A stretch of DNA of 64,000 bases. Origin: Candidatus Moraniibacteriota bacterium. GTDB taxonomy: Bacteria > Patescibacteriota > Minisyncoccia > Moranbacterales > UBA1568. The stretch spans positions 272,697 to 336,696 of the forward strand of contig JBBCGM010000002.1 of the NCBI GenBank assembly GCA_037201605.1, written 5' to 3'. The translations under genes and the position numbers were made by a program. Shown here piece after piece: positions 22,695 to 32,618 of this stretch (position 1 is the first letter of the stretch; every line of letters starts with the position of its first letter). The notes below the pieces were generated by a model, which saw only the letters and a list, made by a program, of their open reading frames with translations, made no database searches and was not told the origin of the DNA.

Positions 22695-25530
22695 TTAAAC
22701 GCGCTTTAGAGAGAAGGCGAATGAAACGCCCGCGATATCGACCGTTTCGTTATACTCGGCCCCATCCAGATGATCCGCCTGCAGAGAGAGGGCGAGTACT
22801 TCAGCAGCAATTTCTTCGCCGAATTTCTCAAAGACTTCTTGCTTGCCGGCATACCCTAAGGCAATACGGTCCTCGACGTTGAAACCCGCCTTCTTGCGTC
22901 CTTCCTGAACGACTCGGATAATCTCGCGTGCTTCACCTTCGAGCTTCAGTTCGGGGTAATCTCCCAATCAAAATCCAATACCTCTCCCTTTTTCACTTTT
23001 TTTACATTCAGCTCTTCGCAAAAAATTTGCTGAAGCGGAGCCGCGAAAGCCTCGGGTACGATAACGCTTGCAAGCGGCTGGCGCACCCGGACCGCGCGGT
23101 CCGAGCGGAGCTTGAGCGCTTCTGTGACGCGTTCACGCACAAGATACATATCCTGAGACAGCGTCTTGTCCGCCAAAGAATCTTCGGCTTTCGGCCAATC
23201 AGCCAAATGCACCGATTCTTCTCCGGTCAGATTGCGATAGATCTCTTCTGAAACGAAGGGTGTAAAAGGCGCCATGAGCTTGGCCAGACTGACCAGAACC
23301 GTATAGAGCGCACCGTAGGCCTCTTCTTTGTCGGTGTCATTCTCGTTTTTCCAGAAGCGCTTGCGGCTGCGCCGGATGTACCAGTTAGAGAGATTGTCGA
23401 TAAACGGCGCAAAGGCGCGGGCAGCGCGCTGGATATCATACTCTTCCATTGCCTCGGTTACCTCGCTAGTAAGTGCCTGAAGTTCCGCAAGGATCCAGCG
23501 ATCAAGGATGTTTTCCGGCAATTTTGTCTCCACCTTCGGCTTCCAGCCATCAATCTCCGCGTAGACCGTAAAGAAAGAATAGGAATTCCACAGCATGCGG
23601 AAGACATTTTTCGTGAGGCTCGCCAGATCATCCTCGGAAAAATGAAGGTTCTCGGCGGCCACCACGGGAGAAGAGAGGATGTAGAGGCGCAGGGCATCCG
23701 CGCCGTACGCGTCGAGAATATGGAGCGGGTCTGGATAATTCCCGAGTTTCTTACTCATCTTTTGCCGTCCGCAGCAAGGATCACGCCGGTAGCAGAAGCA
23801 TGATGAAACGCCGGCGTATCAAAGAGCGCCGTACCCAGAATATGCAGGTAGTAAAACCAGGTACGCGATTGCTCGACCATCTCCGCAATAAAATCTGCCG
23901 GGAAACCCTCCGGGCCTTCATTGCCCCCCATGAAATGCTTGCTGGCATAGGGCATGGAGCCCGAATCGAACCAGGTGTCCAAAACATCCGGTACGCGCCG
24001 CATTTCTCCTCCGCACTGCTCGCAAGGGATAACGATGCCGTCCAAGACGTGCTTGTGGAGGTCTGTCACTTGTTTTCCGCTCTTCTCTTCCAATGCTTGG
24101 CGCGAACCGACAACTAATTGCGCGCCGCATTCACAGACCCACAGTGGCATACAGCTCGCCCAGAAACGCTGACGGCTGATCGACCAATCGCGGGCGCCCT
24201 CGAGCCACTTGCCAAAGCGGCCCGCTTTCCACGTGCTCGGGAGACCAGCTAATCTGCTCGGCATTGCGCAGAGCATTCCCTTTCACCTTCTCGACAGCTA
24301 CAAACCACGAGCTCGTCGCGTAATTAAGAAGCGGCGTATCGCAGCGCAGCAATGGGGATAATCGTGGAGGTACTGCTCTTTGGAAAAAAGCAGGCCTTTC
24401 TTGGCCAGCGCCTTGATGATCTGCACATCGAATACCTGCGGGTCTTCCACCGTCTTTACCGCCTGTCCCGCAAATTCCGGCACTTCGGCCTTGATAGTAC
24501 CGTCGAGACTCACATGCTGGACGAACGGGAGATGTTCTTGTTTCAAAAGTTCCCAGTCATCCGCGCCAAAAGCCGGCGCTTCGTGTGCGACGCCCGTCCC
24601 CTTGTCGATCGTCACGAAGTCGGCATGATAGACCTTCCAGCCGTTCTCATAATTCTCAAGTGCCGTATTCTTCTGATAGTCGTCAAAAGGAGCCCGGTAC
24701 GCCTTGCCCAGAAGTTCGCTCCCGGGAAAACGACGCGCTTCGGTATATTCTTTACCCGCAAACACCTGTTCGAGAAGCGCCGCGGCCGCGATGTACTTCA
24801 CTCCTTCACTTTCGACTTCGGCATATTCGATATCTTTGTTCACAGCCAAAGCCACATTGCCCGGGAGCGTCCAGGGAGTCGTAGTCCACGCCAGAAGAAA
24901 GGTACCCGGCTTTTCCGTCAGTTCGAATTTGACCGTTGCCGCCAGATCTTTTGTCTCTTCATAGCCCTCGCTCACCTCGGCCTGGGAAAGGGTCGTTTCA
25001 CAATGCGGGCAGACGTGCATGATGCGATAGTCCTCGTAAATGAGCCCCTTGTCCCAGAGCTCTTTGAACACCCACCAGACCGACTCCATGTAGTCCGCAT
25101 CCATGGTCTTGTAAGGATGTTCCATGTCCACAAAACGGCCGATGCGCTCGATATAGGTTTTCCAGTCTTGGGTAAATTCGAGCACCTTGCTGCGGCAGGC
25201 CTCATCAAAGCGCTCGACTCCATACGCAACGATATCCTTCTTGTTTTTGAAGCCTAATTCTTTCTCTACCAGGTTCTCAATAGGCAGACCGTGGCAGTCC
25301 CAGCCCCAGACGCGCGGCACGCGATACCCCTGCATCGTTTTGAAGCGGGGAACAACGTCTTTGAGGATGCTCTGAAGCAAATGGCCGTAGTGCGGCAAGC
25401 CGGTGGCAAACGGCGGCCCATCGTAAAAAGAATAGGTCTTGGCCGCATCCCGACGCTCGACCGACTTTTCAAAAATACGCTCGCGCTTCCAATACTCGAG
25501 CACTTCTGCCTCGAGCTTGGGGAAATTCAT
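22695..25530 (-). CDS. ileS: Isoleucyl-tRNA synthetase, type 2 (frameshifted, at least 3 sites)
   Basis: ORF 24298..25551 (..YDGPPFATGLPHYGHLL, HIGH-type), ORF 23755..24276, ORF 22946..23758 (starts at the KMSKKLGNYPDP region) and ORF 22695..22967. The start is taken at MNFPKLEAEVLEYW (25530). The ATG at 25551 abuts the leader U-tract. Confidence 0.9.
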
Positions 25531-25551
25531 TTTCGGATCAACTTTTCGCAT

Positions 25552-25790
25552 AAAAAAGAAAAAACCTTAACACGCTTGTGCTAAGGACGCTTCGATAAAC
25601 CTAAGCGTGGTACCACCTTGCTTTTCCGCCTTTCGACGGACTCATTACGGCTATGACGGGCCTGCCCGGCGGGGTCTACTTCCGATTCCTAACCCAAGGC
25701 GAAGGAGTGGTTTCTTCCCGCGGCTCCAGAGTGATAGCTCCTTCATCGCTATGCCAAGAATACCACTCTCCGGAGAAGCGAACAAGGTGC
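25552..25790 (-). promoter_or_regulatory. T-box riboswitch leader with a putative Ile (AUC) specifier, upstream of ileS
   Basis: On the minus strand GGTGGTACCACG (complement of 25606-25617) matches the conserved T-box GGUGGUACCGCG with one mismatch. It is followed by the hairpin CCTTAGCAC-aagc-GTGTTAAGG (25565-25586) and a U-run. The sequence gctATCActc (AUC is the complement of 25733-25735) lies in the upstream stem region. Confidence 0.6.
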
Positions 25791-26488
25791 TCAAAGCGCG
25801 ACCTCGAGGATGAGGGGCAGGTGGTCGGAGACTTCGTTTTTCGGCACGCGGAAACTCTGCACTTCTACCTCGGATGAGAGAAATACATAGTCCGCAAACA
25901 GCTGCTTATTCCCAGATAGAGAGTCCAGGCAATTTCGTTCCTGGTGGTGTCGATAGCGAAGTCTTTGATGAGATCGCGATACCCGGCCTCTTCAAACATA
26001 TGGACGCTCTTTGCTTCGGGAAGCAAATTGAAATCGCCTCCCACGATCTTGGGATCTTTCTGGACCGCCAAAAAGTCGATAAGCGTCTGGGACTGCGTGA
26101 GTCGGATATCGGTATCAAGCTTATCGCCCCCAGGCTGGGCCACGCCGTGCACATTGCACAAGGAAAACTTTTTCCCCTGGAAGTCGAAGTGCGTCCAGAG
26201 TGCTAATCCGAAGCGTCCGTCATCCTGGAAAAAAACTTTCTGATCAAGAAGTTTTATGCTGCTCTGGAAAAAAGTCTCGTTTACCCAAGCCTCGCTCTCT
26301 CCGGCCTGACCGCGAGCGGCACGGACGCTTACGAAATCTCCCAATACGCGCGCCACCACTCCTTCATACGCGGGCTGGTGCGTTTCCTGAAAACAAAAAA
26401 TGTCCGTGTCCTCCACGTGCTCGCGCAAGAATTCCTCGAACGCTCCTTCCAGTTTGCCATGCCAACAGTTGAGAAAAATGATCTTCAT
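25791..26488 (-). CDS. Endonuclease/exonuclease/phosphatase (EEP) family protein (C-terminal frameshift)
   Basis: ORF 25865..26488 (MKIIFLNCWHG..IFCFQE..GGDFNL). The tail ..VSDHLPLILEVAL (SDH motif) lies in another frame and ends at 25791. Confidence 0.8.
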
Positions 26489-26500
26489 AAAAAATGCCGG

Positions 26501-27091
26501 CTAGCCTACCGAGAGGATCACTTTTCGAAACGTTCCAACGGCAGGCGACCAGTACTCATCAGGGTCCGTACCCTCGGCACCCTGTAGAGAGAGCACTTGA
26601 TAAAGCGCTACCAGCGTATCACCATGCGACACCACGGCCACTGTCTGCCCTGCACACTCTGCGGCCACATCGCGCAAGAAGCTTGCTGCCCGCTCTTCCT
26701 GGTTAGCAAAATTCTCTACTCCATCCTGACCTTGGGCGGCAGTCCGGCGGCTCTCGGGACTGGGATAGTGGGCAAAGTACTCCGCCACCGGCAGTCCGTT
26801 ATAGGTCCCAAAGTCCGTCTCCCGCAAGCGGATATCATTTACGATACGAGCCCCCCACACTGCAGAAAGGATTTCGGCGGATTCCTGGGTGCGCTTGAGC
26901 GGAGAAGCGATGATAAGCGAGATGCCTTCGGACTTGAGGGCATCGGCTGTGGCGCGAATCTGCGCTTCTCCATCAGGCGTCAGAGAGCGGACATGCGCGC
27001 CTTCGGGAAGCGAAGAAACGAGGCCCGCCGGCACGGAAGCTGCCTGGCCATGGCGGACGAGGAAAAGCGTGACGGCGCGATTTTCAGGCAT
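26501..27091 (-). CDS. Histidine phosphatase (phosphoglycerate mutase-like) family protein
   Basis: Intact 196-aa ORF with LFLVRHGQA (RHG motif) and ..VAVVSHGDT. Confidence 0.8.
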   Translation of the reverse strand: MPENRAVTLFLVRHGQAASVPAGLVSSLPEGAHVRSLTPDGEAQIRATADALKSEGISLIIASPLKRTQESAEILSAVWGARIVNDIRLRETDFGTYNGLPVAEYFAHYPSPESRRTAAQGQDGVENFANQEERAASFLRDVAAECAGQTVAVVSHGDTLVALYQVLSLQGAEGTDPDEYWSPAVGTFRKVILSVG

Positions 27092-27096
27092 ACAAC

Positions 27097-27255
27097 TTAG
27101 AGAAAATGCTTGGCGAGCCGGAAGAGATCGATCCCGATGGAGAGGATAAGGAGAAAGACGGCGGTACCGACCACTTTTACGGCGAAAACGAGGATTTTTT
27201 CACTATCGTTTCGGCTTCTGGGATATTTGTTTTTGTAGAGGTGGCGTTTCATCAT
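27097..27255 (-). CDS. Hypothetical 52-aa single-TM peptide (below the ORF-track cutoff)
   Basis: Hand translation gives MMKRHLYKNKYPRSRNDSEKILVFAVKVVGTAVFLLILSIGIDLFRLAKHFL. It fills the gap between argS and the phosphatase gene. Confidence 0.35.
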   Translation of the reverse strand: MMKRHLYKNKYPRSRNDSEKILVFAVKVVGTAVFLLILSIGIDLFRLAKHFL

Positions 27256-27287
27256 GCGGAAAGCAGACGTTAGCGGAATTAAAAGAA

Positions 27288-28976
27288 CTACATCTTTTCA
27301 GGCGCGGCAATGCCAAGCAGGTCCAGAGTCTCTTTAAGCGTCTTTTGTACGGCAGCTGAAAGCTGGAGACGCTTCTGACTCAGATCGGCATCGGCGGCAT
27401 CGATCACCTGGCACTGGGCATAAAAAGAATGGAACTTCTCAGCCAGCGTAAGTGCGAAGTGGGCAATCTTGTGGACCTCGTTCGTTTCAGAGACTTCTAT
27501 CAAGAGTTCGGGAAACCGAGAAATTTCACGGATGAGCTCTTTTTCTTTGTCATGGAAATCCCAAGGCTCTACCGGACCATCCCAAGCAAGCGCGCTTTCT
27601 TCTGCTTTGCGCAAAATGCTTGCGATACGCGCATGCGCATACTGCACATAGGGACCGGTAGCGCCATCAAGACGTACAGACTCCTCGATATCGAACTCAA
27701 TCTTGCTGGTAGAGCCCTGGCGTAGCATGGCAAAGCGGATGGCCCCGAGCGCGATAGCCAAAGGGTCTGGGTTTTCAGGAAACGCTGCCTTCACATTGGC
27801 AGTGACGGTATCAATGAGCTCTTGTGCCGCGATAATATTGCCCTTGCGCGAAGACATACTCTCCCCGCCTTTCAGAGAGACGAATTCGTATGCGGCGTGC
27901 TGCATGCGCTTGTGAAAGCCGAAGCGGCGCAAAATCTCGAAGAGCTGCTTGAAGTACAGGGACTGGCGGATATCGACGACATAAATGCTGCGGTCGATGC
28001 CATACTGCTCGAATTTCTTTTTGGCCAAAGGAATGTCTTTCAAGCCATACAGCGCGCTTCCGTCGCGGCGCACCAGGACCAGGATGCCCAAGTTCACGTC
28101 TTCGAGATCGGCGACGATCGCCCCTTCGCTTTCCTTGATTACGCCTTTTTCCAAAAGCTCAGGCAAGAGCGCTTTGCCGACCTGCTCCTCGACGCTCTCA
28201 TAGAAGACCTCGTCAAACGTTACTCCCAGCTCTCCATACAAGCGATCGAACTCATCGAGCGACCACTGCCGCGTTTTTTCCCAGAGCGCTACCAGCTCCG
28301 GATCGCCCGCCTCGAAACGATTCTGAAGCGCCTTAAATGCTGCCTCGTTCTCCTCGCTTCCTTCAATCGCCTGGACCGCTTCCGCGTAGGCCTTGCCCAA
28401 AAATTCCGGCTTATTCGCTACAGCATCCAGGTCCTCGTTCGCATGCAGCGTCACAATACCCCAGAGGCACTTGGCAATGTGCGATCCGGTATCGCCGATA
28501 TAGTTCACCCCCAGCGTCTCGTGCCCCACGCGGCGCAAAACATTCACCAGAGTGCTCCCGATAAAAACATTGCGCAGGTGGCCGATGTGGAACTCCTTGT
28601 GCGTGTTGGGCTGCGAATACTCAACCATCACCTTCTCTCGGGTTTCCGCCTCAATAACAACCCCTGCCAAGCTCTTCTCTAAGACATCGGCAAAATACGG
28701 CGGCGCCAGAAAGAAATTCAGGTAGCCGGGCGCCGCTACTTCTACCTTTTCAAAGGCCGGGTCGGTAAGTTTTGCCCGTAGCAGCTCCGCGATCTCCATC
28801 GGGCTTTTTTGTGCGGCCTTGGCCGAAACAAGCGCAATGTTCGAGGTGCACTCTCCGAAAGCCTCGTCCTTAGGGCGCTCAACCATTACCTCGGGTAGCG
28901 AAAAGCCAGCCAAACTCCCCTCTTTTTGGAGAGACTGTAACGCTTCTTGGATTTTCCCGAGAATACTCTCCTTCAT
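27288..28976 (-). CDS. argS: Arginyl-tRNA synthetase
   Basis: Intact 562-aa ORF with ..YSQPNTHKEFHIGHLRN (HIGH) and ..ESMSSRKGN (degenerate KMSK), plus a DALR-type C-terminus. Confidence 0.95.
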   Translation of the reverse strand: MKESILGKIQEALQSLQKEGSLAGFSLPEVMVERPKDEAFGECTSNIALVSAKAAQKSPMEIAELLRAKLTDPAFEKVEVAAPGYLNFFLAPPYFADVLEKSLAGVVIEAETREKVMVEYSQPNTHKEFHIGHLRNVFIGSTLVNVLRRVGHETLGVNYIGDTGSHIAKCLWGIVTLHANEDLDAVANKPEFLGKAYAEAVQAIEGSEENEAAFKALQNRFEAGDPELVALWEKTRQWSLDEFDRLYGELGVTFDEVFYESVEEQVGKALLPELLEKGVIKESEGAIVADLEDVNLGILVLVRRDGSALYGLKDIPLAKKKFEQYGIDRSIYVVDIRQSLYFKQLFEILRRFGFHKRMQHAAYEFVSLKGGESMSSRKGNIIAAQELIDTVTANVKAAFPENPDPLAIALGAIRFAMLRQGSTSKIEFDIEESVRLDGATGPYVQYAHARIASILRKAEESALAWDGPVEPWDFHDKEKELIREISRFPELLIEVSETNEVHKIAHFALTLAEKFHSFYAQCQVIDAADADLSQKRLQLSAAVQKTLKETLDLLGIAAPEKM

Positions 28977-28988
28977 ATATTCTCTAGC

Positions 28989-29951
28989 CTAGCGGAAAAG
29001 AGCCGCCGTTACCACCTGCTGGCAGGATTCGCTGCAGCAGCCCGCGAGCCTCGCCTGACACTGGGCACACTGCAAAAACAAGCGATTGCACTTCACATCC
29101 GGGCAGTTGGTGTATTCGTCGCAGGACGCGCCGCATGTACGGCATTCGCCGAGGACGTCCTCGGTAATGCGCTCGGCCAGACGCCCATCAAACACGAAAT
29201 TCCGGCCCTTGAACTTCGACTCCAAACCTTCCTCTTCGATCTGGCGTTTGTAATCGATAATACCGCCGTGGAGCTGATACACTCGGGCAAAGCCGTGATG
29301 GCGCAGATAGGCCGACGCCTTCTCGCAGCGGATACCGCCGGTGCAATAAAGCAGCACAGGCTCTTCTTCCTTGCCCGCAAGCATTTCTTTGACGAGCGGC
29401 AGTTCTTCACGGAATGTCTCGGCATCCGGCGTGAGCGCCCCTTCGAAACGGCCGATAACCGACTCGTAATTGTTGCGCATGTCGACTGCCGTCGCACCCT
29501 GCTCCAGCATGGTGTTCCATTCGCGCGCTGAGAGATGCGTACCGACATTGGTCACGTCGTACTCGTGAACTTCCAGGCCATCAGCCACGATCTGCTTGCG
29601 CACGCGTATGATGAGTTTCCAAAAAGCATCGTTTCGCTGTTCGACCGCGATTTTGAGCGGTACCCCGGCAAACTCTGGCCAGGCAGAGAGTTGTTCGACA
29701 AACGCCTCCCAAGCAGGCTCGGGGACGCTCATCTGCGCATTGATGCCTTCTTCGGAAAGATAGATCCGTCCCAACGCTCCGAGATCCAACCACTGCGTAT
29801 ACAAAGCATGGCGCAGCGCTTGCGGGTCAGCAATGTGCACGTAGCGATAGAATGAAACAACGCGCCGTGAAAAAGGCTCGCTTGCCAAGCGCTTCTGGGC
29901 GTCTTCGTAGGAAAGATGGTTGCGCAATTTGTGCTCGGGATTTTTGGCCAT
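28989..29951 (-). CDS. trhO: Rhodanese-domain protein of the UPF0176/TrhO (tRNA U34 hydroxylase) family
   Basis: Intact 320-aa ORF with ..VVSFYRYV.., a rhodanese active-site loop LLYCTGGIRCEKA, and a Cys-rich C-terminus. Confidence 0.8.
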   Translation of the reverse strand: MAKNPEHKLRNHLSYEDAQKRLASEPFSRRVVSFYRYVHIADPQALRHALYTQWLDLGALGRIYLSEEGINAQMSVPEPAWEAFVEQLSAWPEFAGVPLKIAVEQRNDAFWKLIIRVRKQIVADGLEVHEYDVTNVGTHLSAREWNTMLEQGATAVDMRNNYESVIGRFEGALTPDAETFREELPLVKEMLAGKEEEPVLLYCTGGIRCEKASAYLRHHGFARVYQLHGGIIDYKRQIEEEGLESKFKGRNFVFDGRLAERITEDVLGECRTCGASCDEYTNCPDVKCNRLFLQCAQCQARLAGCCSESCQQVVTAALFR

Positions 29952-30082
29952 AAACAGGAAGAGTGTAGCCGAAAAGAGCAGAAAAGTCGAGGTAAAAAGA
30001 AAAACCCTTGGTCACTGCATGCAGTTTCCAAGGGTCAAAGGAACAAAGGGTCCAAGGGATTGTTGCCCAAGTGACCAAAGTA

Positions 30083-30787
30083 TCAGAGCGCCGCGTTGCC
30101 AGGGCACAGAACCTGACCGCCACCATTCCAGTCGCCATCCTCGTCGAGCTGCCAAGCGTCGACGAGCCACCCGCGGTCGTCGGAGAGCCAGTAGACGAAC
30201 ACGGCGAAGACTTCACCGTTTTTGCCCTCGACGTAGAAGATGTTCGCATAGCCGTTGTTCAGCAGGAAGCCCGACTTGCCGCCTGGCTGTGCTTCGATCA
30301 GGCCTGCGATGTCTTCGAGCGTCGACAGGTGGGTTTCCGGCAGTTCCTTGCGGATGTCCTTGTCGTAGGCGTTCGCCTTGAGAAGCGAAGCCGCGTAAGG
30401 ACGCTCGGAAGCCGAGGCCACCGTCTGCCTGGCGTTCACGTCGAGACGGTTTGCAAACGTGTCGTAGACGTAGAGGCCGGGGCCGGTCCGGTAGAACTCC
30501 GCCGCATTGAAGGGCTTTGTCCTGGCCGGAACGGTCGCTTGGCCGACGGGCTTGAAGAGAACGGTTTCCTGAAGCAGGGGCTGGGGCGACGAAAGTTGCC
30601 TCAGCATATTCAGAGTCACGTGCTCGAGAGCCGCCTTCAGCTGATCACCGTTTTCGATGACGCGTTGGGCGCCATCCTTGTCGAGGGGCGAATGAGCGAG
30701 CACGGCCTTGGCCGCGCTTTCCGCTGCGTCGCCGACGAAGCGCACGATCTGCTTTTCCTGTCCTGACGTGATCGGATGGTCCGTCAT
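30083..30787 (-). CDS. Hypothetical 234-aa protein, GC-rich compositional outlier
   Basis: Intact ORF with long shadow ORFs on the opposite strand (30008..30766), as expected for high GC. AT-rich DNA lies upstream and a long hairpin with a T-run lies downstream (about 29995-30075). No motif recognised. Confidence 0.65.
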   Translation of the reverse strand: MTDHPITSGQEKQIVRFVGDAAESAAKAVLAHSPLDKDGAQRVIENGDQLKAALEHVTLNMLRQLSSPQPLLQETVLFKPVGQATVPARTKPFNAAEFYRTGPGLYVYDTFANRLDVNARQTVASASERPYAASLLKANAYDKDIRKELPETHLSTLEDIAGLIEAQPGGKSGFLLNNGYANIFYVEGKNGEVFAVFVYWLSDDRGWLVDAWQLDEDGDWNGGGQVLCPGNAAL

Positions 30788-30944
30788 CGTCGTCTCCTTA
30801 TTGTCAAAGAAATCCCTAAATGCCGGGATGCTAGGCAGTTTCTGGCTTTCTACCTGAAACGCTTAATTATACACCTTTTTAATATAAAAGTCAATAGTAA
30901 AGCCACCTATTGCTTATTTAAGCCAAAAATGGTATAGTTATCTC

Positions 30945-31389
30945 ATGACTACTATTGCCCGCAACAAACGAGCCGGATTCGACTATGCGCTTCAAGGCCA
31001 CTTTGAGGCCGGTTTGCAATTGACCGGATCGGAAGTCAAGAGCGTCAAAACCGGGCATGCCAGTCTGAAAGGCAGCTTTGTGACCGTACGGGGCGAGGAA
31101 TTGTTCCTCACCAATGCGCTTATCCCTCGCTATCAGCATGCGCATAGGGATACCCGCCACGAGGACACCCGCTCGCGGCGCCTCCTGCTCCGCAAGCGCG
31201 AAATCCGCTCGCTCATAGGCAAAGCCCGCACCGAAGGGTTGACATTGGTGCCTATTCGCTTGTATACTAAGGGACAACTCGTGAAGCTGGAGTTCGCCGT
31301 GGGCAAGGCAAAAAGGCCTTTGATAGCGGCAAACCACGAAAAAGCGCGAGGCGCAGCGCCACATGCGCGCAGCCCTGCGTTCACGTTAA
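30945..31389 (+). CDS. smpB: SsrA-binding protein SmpB (C-terminal frameshifts)
   Basis: ORF 30945..31454 starts MTTIARNKRAGFDYALQGHFEAGLQLTGSEVKS.. The expected basic tail KKREAQRHMRAALRSR lies in another frame and ends at 31389. Confidence 0.9.
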
Positions 31390-31412
31390 CCACTACTAGG
31401 CACTCCCCTCCC

Positions 31413-31827
31413 GGATCCGTCGCCAAGACCGGAATCGACAGCGCGTACTTTTAAAAGATGCAAGCCGACCTTGGAAATCCGGTCGTAAAATCTCTTTCCA
31501 AGATGATAATTGCAAACTTCATCAACAAGGCTAAGAGCGCCATTGCTTCGGCATTTGCTCCCTACTTACGCTCAGGCTCTCGCCTAATCGCGAAAGCCAT
31601 CGGGCCTCTGACTTCCGAATAGGAATCTCCCCGGTGCTATATCATTCGGAACCGTCTCCGTCTTTTCCCTGTCTTTGGGACGGATGCCGGATTGCCAAAT
31701 TCAGGCGACCTCGGAGGCTTTGGCCCGCTTTTTACTCTGAGGGCAGCACCCTAAAGTTGGGATACGCTTGTAGACTCTTTTGGAAAAACACGTCTGGACA
31801 TGGGTGCAATTCCCATCAACTCCACCA
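31413..31827 (+). ncRNA. ssrA: tmRNA (ssrA); 3' end well defined, 5' end approximate
   Basis: It lies directly downstream of smpB. GGAATCGAC (31431-31439) resembles the conserved GGAUUCGAC. The T-arm ATGGG-TGCAATT-CCCAT is followed by CAACTCC-ACCA, ending at 31827. A tag-like frame starts at GCA AAC (31512) and a stop TAA follows ..TYAQALA (31585-31587). Confidence 0.75.
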
Positions 31828-31903
31828 TTATAAGCATCCCGAATGAGACGCCGTCGGCATAATCGTCCCAAACCAAAACCCGTCGTCAAGCAGCGTCTGC
31901 GCT

Positions 31904-32393
31904 GTGAACGACCAGATTGCGGTGCCCGAAGTCATGGTCATTGACTTAAACGGCGAAAACCGCGGCGTCATGCCGATCGCCGAAGCCATCGCGCTCGCCA
32001 AGGCCCAAGAATCCGACCTGGTAGAGGTCTCCCCGCTCGCCAAACCCCCTGTCTGCAAGGTGACCGATTACGGCAAACTGCAGTACAAACAGGCCAAGCA
32101 GGAGCAGCAGGCCAAGACCAAGCAGAAAAAGGTCGACACCAAGGGCATCCGCATCGGCTTCCGCACCGACAAGCACGACCTCGCCTTCAAGAAGAATCAG
32201 GCCGAAAAAATTCCTCGGCAAAGGGCATAAGGTCAAGGTAGAGATCCTCTTGCGCGGCCGAGAAAAGGCCATGAACGACAAAGCCAAGCAGAACTTGCAA
32301 GAATTCCTGAAAAGTATTAGTATCCCTTACCGTGTCGAGGAAGAGGCCAAGCGCGGACCCCGCGGCTTCACCGTCCTCATCGCTCCGGAATAA
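31904..32393 (+). CDS. infC: Translation initiation factor IF-3 (one frameshift in the A-run at 32205-32210)
   Basis: ORF 31904..32230 (NDQIAVPEVMVIDLNGENRGVMPIAEAIALAKAQESDLVEVSPLAKPPVCKVTDYGK). The C-domain ..KGHKVKVEILLRGREKA..GFTVLIAPE lies in the next frame and ends at 32393. The start (GTG at 31904) is uncertain. Confidence 0.85.
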
Positions 32394-32402
32394 AACATCT
32401 CT

Positions 32403-32594
32403 ATGAAGCAGAAGACCAAAAAATCCCTCGTCAAAAAGATCAAAGTGACCGGCAGCGGCAAGCTCAAAGTGCGGGCAACCGGCCAGAACCACTACAACAG
32501 CCGCGCCACCGGTGCCCAGACCCGGGCCAAGCGCCGCGATCGCGACGTCTACCCGGCCGTTTCCGCCAATATCAAGAAAGCTCTCAGCATATAA
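32403..32594 (+). CDS. rpmI: 50S ribosomal protein L35
   Basis: 63-aa ORF MKQKTKKSLVKKIKVTGSGKLKVRATGQNH.. in the infC-rpmI-rplT order. Confidence 0.95.
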   Translation: MKQKTKKSLVKKIKVTGSGKLKVRATGQNHYNSRATGAQTRAKRRDRDVYPAVSANIKKALSI

Positions 32595-32618
32595 TCTCCT
32601 CCTTACGATTTCTCTCCT

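Noticed and set aside
25634-25650. Possible self-target of spacer 58207-58237: a 9-nt identity (GACGGACTC) in the ileS leader region
   Set aside because: Only 9 contiguous nt match and the flanks diverge, which is within chance expectation. A proper search of all five spacers against the full genome and viral databases is still needed.
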